NCBI GenBank assembly: GCA_963676515.1
Contig: OY781061.1
Location: 505,520-537,519, forward strand
Length of the DNA stretch: 32,000 nucleotides
From: Candidatus Cloacimonadota bacterium
GTDB lineage: Bacteria > Cloacimonadota > Cloacimonadia > G963667145
Reading direction: 5' to 3'
The position numbers and the translations under genes were made by a program. Positions within the stretch are counted from its first letter, which is position 1; every line of letters starts with the position of its first letter. The notes beneath the pieces are model-generated. The model was not told the DNA's origin and ran no database searches. It saw only the letters and a list, made by a program, of their open reading frames with translations. Of the stretch, positions 26,113 to 32,000 are shown piece after piece.

Positions 26113-26999
26113 TTTTTCTCCTGTATTTCTTTAATTTTTTTGTATATTTTTGCAAACTTATCCCGATAACCTTCGTGCGATTCCACGACAGATTTCCCCT
26201 GCATCACTGCGTCGTAAAATGCTTTATCATAAGGAAGATAGCCCACTACTTCCACCTGAAATTGCCCTAAGTACTCTTTTATCTGGTTGGTGATGTTTTC
26301 GTTGAGGTCGTACTTATTGATGATGGCTACAGACTGGATGCTAAACTTGTTCACCAGCTCCAGCACCCTTTTCAGATCGTGAAATCCCGAAACAGTAGGC
26401 TCTACCACCAGCAACACCAGACTCGCTCCAGACAAGCTGGAAACCACGGGACAACCGATGCCGGGAGAACCATCTACCAACACGATTTTCTTGTTACTCT
26501 CTTTAGCTATTTTCTTAGCTCGGTTCTTCAGCTCTGCCACCAGTTTACCAGAGTTCTCGCCACCTACATCCAGATGAGCGTGCACCATCGTGGTCTTGGT
26601 CTTGATCTGAGAGATAAGCACCTCTCCAGTCAAGCGAGGCAGGTTCGTGATAGCCTCACTCGGACAAATTCTGGCACAGTAGCCACAACCTTCACAACGG
26701 AAAGGATCTATGGTGTACTCCCTTTCGCCAAGCTTGTCTATTGCCAAAAAACTGCAAGCCGTCTGGCATTTGCCACACCCGATGCACTTCTTAGCGTCTA
26801 TCTGGGCTAACTCGCCAGCGTAAAAAACTTCTCTTTCTCTCTCTACGGGCGAGACCACCAAGTGCAAATCTGGGGCGTCTACATCGCAATCTGCCAAGAT
26901 CAGCTCGCTACCTCCGATCACAGCCAAGGCAGCACTAACAGAGGTTTTTCCTGTGCCTCCCTTGCCCGAGATTACCACTATTTCTTGTATATCTTTCAT
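26109..26999 (-). CDS. MinD superfamily P-loop ATPase with inserted ferredoxin domain (A)
   Basis: VVISGKGGTGKTSVSAALA; CIGCGKCQTACSF and CEGCGYCARICPSEAI; VDGSPGIGCPVV. Confidence 0.95.
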   Translation of the reverse strand: MKDIQEIVVISGKGGTGKTSVSAALAVIGGSELILADCDVDAPDLHLVVSPVEREREVFYAGELAQIDAKKCIGCGKCQTACSFLAIDKLGEREYTIDPFRCEGCGYCARICPSEAITNLPRLTGEVLISQIKTKTTMVHAHLDVGGENSGKLVAELKNRAKKIAKESNKKIVLVDGSPGIGCPVVSSLSGASLVLLVVEPTVSGFHDLKRVLELVNKFSIQSVAIINKYDLNENITNQIKEYLGQFQVEVVGYLPYDKAFYDAVMQGKSVVESHEGYRDKFAKIYKKIKEIQEKK

Positions 27000-27901
27000 A
27001 ATTTTGCCCCCATTCCTGCCACTAGATAGTCGTAAATCGAACGCAGATTTTCCTGCACCTCTGGGTTATCCTCATAGATTAAGTTCCCTTTTGAATAATC
27101 TTCGGCGATTTTTTTGCTTTCCCCTATTTTGGCGATAATCTCCACCTGATTCTGCTGCACAAAGTCTGCTAACAGCTGATCATCAGCCACCCATTTATTG
27201 ACCACTACAGCCAAGGGCTTACCGAGTGCTTTGGCTACTGCCACCGCTAGAGAAGCATCGTAAAGCCCAAAAGGGGTCGGCTCTACTACCAGCAATACCA
27301 AATCTGCTCTACTGAAAGTCTCCACAGCTGGGCAAGCCGTTCCGGGAGGAGAGTCAATAATGGTTAGTCCTGAAAGCAAAATATTCTCGTCCAGATAATC
27401 CAGAACTTCCGCTATTACCGGAACAGCCTGTTCTTGCCCAACATCGAGTCTTCCCTCGATAAATTCCATATTCTCATCTTGAAAAAAGCTAATCTCTCCC
27501 ACTCTATACTCTTGTGGATGCAATGCCTTGGCAGGACAGAGCTCCCAGCACGCTTTGCAACTGTGGCAGAGCTGAGGGAAAGTCATCACCAAACTTTTGG
27601 TCTGAATGATAGCATTAAAATTGCAAACCTTTTGGCAGTTACCACAAAATAAGCAAAGCTCCTGATCCCAAGCGGGAATAGCTCTTTTCACTGGTCGCCG
27701 CTGCACCAAAGGCAACGCAAGAAAAAGCCCAGAGTTTGGCTCTTCTACATCCAGATCCGCTAGTCTTACTTTGCATTTTTGGGCTATCCAGCGGCTGAGA
27801 TTTACAGCCAAAGTGGTCTTGCCTGTGCCGCCTTTTCCGCTCGCTATAGCGACACGAAACTCTTTTTGCTTCGGGAAACTTTTTTCGCTACTTTTTTGCA
27901 T
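26996..27901 (-). CDS. MinD superfamily P-loop ATPase with inserted ferredoxin domain (B)
   Basis: VAIASGKGGTGKTTLAVNLS; CLFCGNCQKVCNFNAI, CHSCKACWELCPAKAL; IDSPPGTACPAVE. Confidence 0.95.
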   Translation of the reverse strand: MQKSSEKSFPKQKEFRVAIASGKGGTGKTTLAVNLSRWIAQKCKVRLADLDVEEPNSGLFLALPLVQRRPVKRAIPAWDQELCLFCGNCQKVCNFNAIIQTKSLVMTFPQLCHSCKACWELCPAKALHPQEYRVGEISFFQDENMEFIEGRLDVGQEQAVPVIAEVLDYLDENILLSGLTIIDSPPGTACPAVETFSRADLVLLVVEPTPFGLYDASLAVAVAKALGKPLAVVVNKWVADDQLLADFVQQNQVEIIAKIGESKKIAEDYSKGNLIYEDNPEVQENLRSIYDYLVAGMGAKL

Positions 27902-28106
27902 CGTTGTCTTTTGTTAAATTTTCTGAGAAAAAGCGATTTCCCCTGCCAAAACCTGCTCCTCTGCCTCTACCTCTGCCTCCGAATATTCCTCTTCCAGTTC
28001 CCACAGTCTCACCTTTCGTGGCAGCGTCTGCATCTGCGCATCTTCCTAGTCCTCTACCCGTCATGCTTCCTTGTCCGTTAGGACCTTTTCCGTCTAATCC
28101 TGGCAT
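27888..28106 (-). CDS. DUF5320-type Gly-rich small protein
   Basis: MPGLDGKGPNGQGSMTGRGLGRC...GRGRGRGAGFGRGNR; conserved small partner next to NifX/Mrp genes. Confidence 0.85.
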   Translation of the reverse strand: MPGLDGKGPNGQGSMTGRGLGRCADADAATKGETVGTGRGIFGGRGRGRGAGFGRGNRFFSENLTKDNDAKK

Positions 28107-28107
28107 T

Positions 28108-28920
28108 TTAGCCCTCCTTGTTTTCGATTTTTTTCTCTATTTGATCTACGATAGCTACAAAGGGAGAGTCCGCATTCAAGCCTATGTGAGGAGTCCCATT
28201 GTCGCCTGCTTCCATTATCTTCGGATTGAGAGGCACTCTGCCCAAGAAATCCAGTCCGTACTCTTTGGCAGTGCTCTCTCCACCTCCGCTGTGGAAGATG
28301 TCGGTTACTTTGCCACAGTGCGGACAAACAAATCCGCTCATATTTTCGATCAGCCCGAGCACATTCATCTTGAGCAAACCAGCAAAGCCGATAGATTTGC
28401 GGGTGTCTGCCAGAGCCACCTCTTGTGGTGTGGTCACTATCACGCATCCATCGCACTCTGTGATGGTCTGGGCAATAGTCAGCGGCTCGTCACCCGTGCC
28501 GGGAGGTAGATCCACCAGCAGATAGTCGAGCTCTCCCCAGTTAATGTCGGAGAGAAGTTGGCGGATTACACCTATTTTGGCAGGTCCTCGCCATACAGCA
28601 GGGTCGTTCACATTCTGCGAGTAGAAGCTCAGTGATACTATCTCCAGATTGTCGCTAATCCGATAAGGCTTGCCCGGCTCTTGGGGATGTTTGCCGTGTT
28701 TACCGAACATCACGGGAATATTAGGTCCGTGCAAGTCGGCATCCAAGATTCCTACTTTATAGCCCTTTTGTGCCATTCCGAGGGCGATGTTGCTGGTTAC
28801 TGTCGATTTGCCCACACCACCTTTACCGCTCATTACTACTACTTTGTGCTTTATCTTGGATAAGGTCTCTTGTATTTTCTTGTCCTGCTCTGCCATTTGC
28901 GTGGCTCTATCTTGTTCCAT
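28108..28920 (-). CDS. Mrp/NBP35 family ATP-binding protein (ApbC)
   Basis: VVMSGKGGVGKSTVTSNIALGMAQKGYKVGILDADLHGPNIPVMFG; LLVDLPPGTGDEPLTIAQTI; ENMSGFVCPHCGK. Confidence 0.96.
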   Translation of the reverse strand: MEQDRATQMAEQDKKIQETLSKIKHKVVVMSGKGGVGKSTVTSNIALGMAQKGYKVGILDADLHGPNIPVMFGKHGKHPQEPGKPYRISDNLEIVSLSFYSQNVNDPAVWRGPAKIGVIRQLLSDINWGELDYLLVDLPPGTGDEPLTIAQTITECDGCVIVTTPQEVALADTRKSIGFAGLLKMNVLGLIENMSGFVCPHCGKVTDIFHSGGGESTAKEYGLDFLGRVPLNPKIMEAGDNGTPHIGLNADSPFVAIVDQIEKKIENKEG

Positions 28921-29285
28921 TAGTTGTCCTCTCCCTTGACTATCAATACTTTGTTGTGCAGTATAGCTTCCAATATTTTCTTAGCTCCCGATGCCAAATC
29001 TCTCTGCAATGAACCGCGAGAAATGTGCATCTTTTCGGCTGCCTCAATCTGACTGCAACCCTCATAGTTACAGAGTCTCAGAGCTTCCAACTCCTCGGAA
29101 CTGATGACAACCTCACTCAGCTCACAGCCAGGAACACCCAGAGGCTTGAACACTCTGTCGTTCCCTAAATATCTGCAATTACGCATTTTACGGTTTCTGG
29201 TCATCTCATCTCCTATTCTCTGTGCATATGCACAAAATAAGCGTTCAAATTTTTTGTCAACGGTTTTTTTAGAGAACTTGAACAC
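28920..29285 (-). CDS. DUF134 domain protein (helix-turn-helix, predicted DNA-binding)
   Basis: RNCRYLGNDRVFKPLGVPGCELSEVVISSEELEALRLCNYEGCSQIEAAEKMHISRGSLQRDLASGAKKILEAILHNKVLIVKG. Confidence 0.9.
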   Translation of the reverse strand: MFKFSKKTVDKKFERLFCAYAQRIGDEMTRNRKMRNCRYLGNDRVFKPLGVPGCELSEVVISSEELEALRLCNYEGCSQIEAAEKMHISRGSLQRDLASGAKKILEAILHNKVLIVKGEDN

Positions 29286-29428
29286 AACAAAACTCTTGAC
29301 GAAATTGAGGAGATAAAAAATATTCTGTGAAAATTTCCTGCTATGTTAATCGCTTCTTTGCTTGTCAAAAAAAATAGTCACTAAAAACAAAATGCTTTGT
29401 TTTTAAAAATTAATTTTATCTAAAAACT
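29262..29428 (+). repeat. Leader repeat copy 1 (contains C-terminal peptide remnant RELEHNKTLDEIEEIKNIL*)
   Basis: Aligned against copy 2 at +1269 nt, essentially identical through to the start codon of the BRO-N gene. Confidence 0.85.
29383..29404. repeat. Small A/T hairpin between leader and BRO-N gene (repeated at +1269)
   Basis: AAAAACAAA-ATGC-TTTGTTTTT perfect 9-bp stem. Confidence 0.5.
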
Positions 29429-30280
29429 ATGAAAAAAGAAAAATCAATGATTGTCTTCAACCAAAAAGAGGTTCGTCGTCATTGGGATAACGAAAATGAA
29501 CTTTGGTACTTTTCTGTTATCGATATTATTGAGATTCTCACGGAAAGTCCTCGACCAAGAAAGTATTGGAACGCTCTAAAAACAAAGTTATTAAAAGAAG
29601 GGAGTCAGTTGTCCCACGATATGGGACAACTGAAAATGAAATCTTCTGATGGGAAATTTTATGAAACAGATGTTTTGGACACGAAGAACATTTTAAGGCT
29701 TGTGCAATCTATTCCATCTCCCAAAGCAGAACCTTTTAAAGTTTGGCTAGCGAAAGTCGGATACGAAAGAATCGAAGAAACTGAAGATCCAGAGCTTGCT
29801 TTTGATAGGGCAATGCAAACTTATCTCAAAAAAGGTTATTCAAAAAACTGGATAAACCAAAGACTCAAAAGTATTGAAGTGAGAAAAGAGCTTACTGATG
29901 AATGGAAAGAAAGAGGGATGGAAGAAGGGTTAGATTATGCGATTTTGACGGATGAAATCACAAAAGCTTGGACAGGAAAATCGGTAAAAGAGTACAAAAA
30001 TTTCAAAGGTCTCAAAAAGCAAAACTTGCGAGATAATATGACCAATCTTGAGCTTGTTTTAAATATGTTAGCAGAAGCATCTACTTCTGAAATTTCAAAA
30101 GAACAAAATCCCAAAGGGCTAAGTGCAAATAAAAAGGTAGCAAAGGAAGGCGGGAATGTTGCCAAGCAAGCAAGGATAACATTAGAGAAGCAGACAAGAA
30201 AAAGTATTATTTCTCCTAAAAATGCTGCCGAATTACAAAAACAAAACAACCTTTTAGAAGAAGACAAGCAAGCAGAATAA
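29429..30280 (+). CDS. BRO-N/DinD-like (phage antirepressor-type) protein, copy 1
   Basis: 283-aa ORF; N-terminal IVFNQKEVRRHWDNENELWYFSVIDIIEILTESPRPRKYWNALKTKL...NILRLVQSIPSPKAEPFKVWLAKVGYERIEE is typical of BRO-N domains. Confidence 0.85.
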   Translation: MKKEKSMIVFNQKEVRRHWDNENELWYFSVIDIIEILTESPRPRKYWNALKTKLLKEGSQLSHDMGQLKMKSSDGKFYETDVLDTKNILRLVQSIPSPKAEPFKVWLAKVGYERIEETEDPELAFDRAMQTYLKKGYSKNWINQRLKSIEVRKELTDEWKERGMEEGLDYAILTDEITKAWTGKSVKEYKNFKGLKKQNLRDNMTNLELVLNMLAEASTSEISKEQNPKGLSANKKVAKEGGNVAKQARITLEKQTRKSIISPKNAAELQKQNNLLEEDKQAE

Positions 30281-30282
30281 TT

Positions 30283-30531
30283 TTAATGCTTAATTAACCC
30301 GTCCAGCTCTGCCAGAATCTCCCTGACTATCTTCTGGGTCGCCCCTGCGTGGCTCTGGACGAAATCGGCACAAGCTTTCCGCTGAGAGGCAAACTTTTCC
30401 CTATCGCTCAAGAAATCCCCTAGTAGCTTTTCCGCCTGCTGAGTATCGCTAAAAACCGTAGCTCCTCCCGCCAACACCAGCTGTTCCGCCTCGTGCGAGC
30501 TGTGGAATTTGTCACCAAACTTTCTGTCATC
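30283..30531 (-). pseudogene. 3'-terminal fragment of waaA/kdtA-like (Kdo transferase) gene, copy 1
   Basis: Reverse frame DDRKFGDKFHSSHEAEQLVLAGGATVFSDTQQAEKLLGDFLSDREKFASQRKACADFVQSHAGATQKIVREILAELDG resembles the WaaA C-terminus (FGP...NF....LL..GGA..V). The reading frame meets an in-frame TAA just upstream at the junction with the leader repeat. Confidence 0.65.
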
Positions 30532-30697
30532 GGTTTTTTAGAGAACTTGAACACAACAAAACTCTTGACGAAATTGAGGAGATAAAAAATATTCTGTGAA
30601 AATTTCCTGCTATGTTAATCGCTTCTTTGCTTGTCAAAAAAAATAGTCACTAAAAACAAAATGCTTTGTTTTTAAAAATTAATTTTATCTAAAAACT
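30531..30697 (+). repeat. Leader repeat copy 2
   Basis: Same sequence as 29262-29428; offset 1269 nt. Confidence 0.85.
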
Positions 30698-31549
30698 ATG
30701 AAAAAAGAAAAATCAATGATTGTCTTCAACCAAAAAGAGGTTCGTCGTCATTGGGATAACGAAAATGAACTTTGGTACTTTTCTGTTATCGATATTATTG
30801 AGATTCTCACGGAAAGTCCTCGACCAAGAAAGTATTGGAACGCTCTAAAAACAAAGTTATTAAAAGAAGGGAGTCAGTTGTCCCACGATATGGGACAACT
30901 GAAAATGAAATCTTCTGATGGGAAATTTTATGAAACAGATGTTTTGGACACGAAGAACATTTTAAGGCTTGTGCAATCTATTCCATCTCCCAAAGCAGAA
31001 CCTTTTAAAGTTTGGCTAGCGAAAGTCGGATACGAAAGAATCGAAGAAACTGAAGATCCAGAGCTTTCTTTTGATAGGGCAATGCAAACTTATCTCAAAA
31101 AGGGTTATTCAAAAAACTGGATAAACCAAAGGCTCAAAAGTATTGAAGTGAGAAAAGAGCTTACTGATGAATGGAAAGAAAGAGGGCTGGAAAAGAGTTT
31201 AGATTATGCAATTTTGACGGATGAAATCACAAAAGCTTGGACTGGTAAATCGGTAAAAGAGTACAAGAATTTCAAAGGTCTCAAAAAGCAAAATTTGCGA
31301 GATAATATGACCAATCTTGAGCTTGTTTTAAATATGTTAGCAGAAGCATCTACTTCTGAAATTTCAAAAGAACAAAATCCCAAAGGGCTAAATGCAAATA
31401 AAAAAGTAGCAAAAGAAGGTGGTAATGTTGCCAAGCAAGCAAGGATAACATTAGAAAAGCAAACAAGAAAAAGTGTTGTTTCTCCTAAAAATGCTGCCGA
31501 TTTGCAAAAACAAAAAAACCTTTTAGAAGAAGATAAACAAGAAAAATAA
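30698..31549 (+). CDS. BRO-N/DinD-like protein, copy 2
   Basis: 283 aa, near-identical to copy 1 with scattered substitutions (for example MEEG to LEKS, LAFD to LSFD, SII to SVV). Confidence 0.85.
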   Translation: MKKEKSMIVFNQKEVRRHWDNENELWYFSVIDIIEILTESPRPRKYWNALKTKLLKEGSQLSHDMGQLKMKSSDGKFYETDVLDTKNILRLVQSIPSPKAEPFKVWLAKVGYERIEETEDPELSFDRAMQTYLKKGYSKNWINQRLKSIEVRKELTDEWKERGLEKSLDYAILTDEITKAWTGKSVKEYKNFKGLKKQNLRDNMTNLELVLNMLAEASTSEISKEQNPKGLNANKKVAKEGGNVAKQARITLEKQTRKSVVSPKNAADLQKQKNLLEEDKQEK

Positions 31550-31562
31550 TTTCAACACTTAA

Positions 31563-31799
31563 TTAGCCCTCCAGCTCTGCCAGAATCTCCCTGACTATCT
31601 TCTGGGTCGCCCCTGCGTGGCTCTGGACGAAATCGGCACAAGCTTTCCGCTGAGAGACAAACTTTTCCCTATCGCTCAAGAACTCCCCGAGGAGCTTTTC
31701 CGCCTGCTGAGTATCGCTAAGAACCGTAGCTCCTCCCGCCAACACCAGCTGTTCCGCCTCGTGCGAGCTGTGGAATTTGTCACCAAACTTTCTGTCATC
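31563..31799 (-). pseudogene. 3'-terminal fragment of waaA/kdtA-like gene, copy 2
   Basis: Same truncated C-terminus as 30283-30531, ending AELEG* (copy 1 reads through to AELDGLIKH*); same truncation point. Confidence 0.65.
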
Positions 31800-31888
31800 G
31801 GTTTTTTAGAGAACTTGAACACAACAAAACTCTTGACGAAATTGAAGAGATGAAAAACAATCTGTAAAAATTTCCTGCTATGTAAGTA
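31799..31888 (+). repeat. Leader repeat copy 3 (partial, diverges before radC)
   Basis: GGTTTTTTAGAGAACTTGAACACAACAAAACTCTTGACGAAATTGAAGAGATG...AAAATTTCCTGCTATGT, then unique sequence. Confidence 0.8.
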
Positions 31889-31922
31889 AGTAAGCTAAAA
31901 ACTTTATTTTAAGTATAAAATT

Positions 31923-32000
31923 ATGACAAAAATTAAAAATACCCCTAGATTTCTTCGCCCAAGAGAAAAATTCCTTCAAAAAGGCTCTGATGCACTTTCA
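31923..32000 (+). CDS. radC: RadC-like protein (N-terminus only, runs off the right edge)
   Basis: MTKIKNTPRFLRPREKFLQKGSDALS... matches the RadC/JAB-domain N-terminus (PREKLL..G..ALSDAELL). Only 26 codons are visible. Confidence 0.6.
   Translation, partial: MTKIKNTPRFLRPREKFLQKGSDALS

Noticed and set aside
29429-31549. Functional prophage inferred from the BRO-N/antirepressor-like genes
   Set aside because: No integrase, structural, terminase or lysis genes are present. BRO-N proteins also occur as isolated chromosomal genes.
29262-31888. CRISPR array or integron attC array interpretation of the direct repeats
   Set aside because: Repeat spacing is about 1.27 kb, with full genes between and no short regularly spaced repeats, attC-like dyads or integrase in the window.

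Overview
This AT-rich 32 kb bacterial window holds about 25 well-supported genes. Left to right they are: a four-gene envelope/lipid-type operon (methyltransferase fragment, MMPL/RND exporter, outer-membrane barrel-like protein, LolA-like sorting protein); a noncoding repeat mosaic; an AzgA/PbuG-type purine permease; SerA-like dehydrogenase; an NFACT (RqcH-like) protein; and a five-gene minus-strand operon. The rest contains apbE, a glycosyltransferase, a pentapeptide-repeat membrane protein, cysS, a DUF21/CBS transporter-like protein, ybeY, a divergent deacetylase-like protein, three tRNAs (Leu-TAA, Cys-GCA, Gly-GCC), an ORP/MinD/Mrp-type iron-sulfur/molybdenum cluster, a tandemly duplicated BRO-N gene module, and the start of radC. 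The strongest candidate for an undescribed system is the operon at 9951-15182. It encodes MotB-like, MotA-like, TPR lipoprotein, CsgG-like/beta-barrel, and a single polypeptide that looks like the C-terminal part of FliF (RBM3/beta-collar/TM) fused to FliG. No other flagellar gene is present in the window, so this is a candidate non-flagellar (or highly reduced) rotary, envelope-spanning machine. The second most unusual region is 29262-31922, where a 1269-bp unit (conserved leader with a C-terminal peptide remnant, BRO-N gene, antisense truncated waaA 3' fragment) occurs twice, with a third leader copy in front of radC. All calls come from reading the sequence and recalling family motifs. No database search was run.
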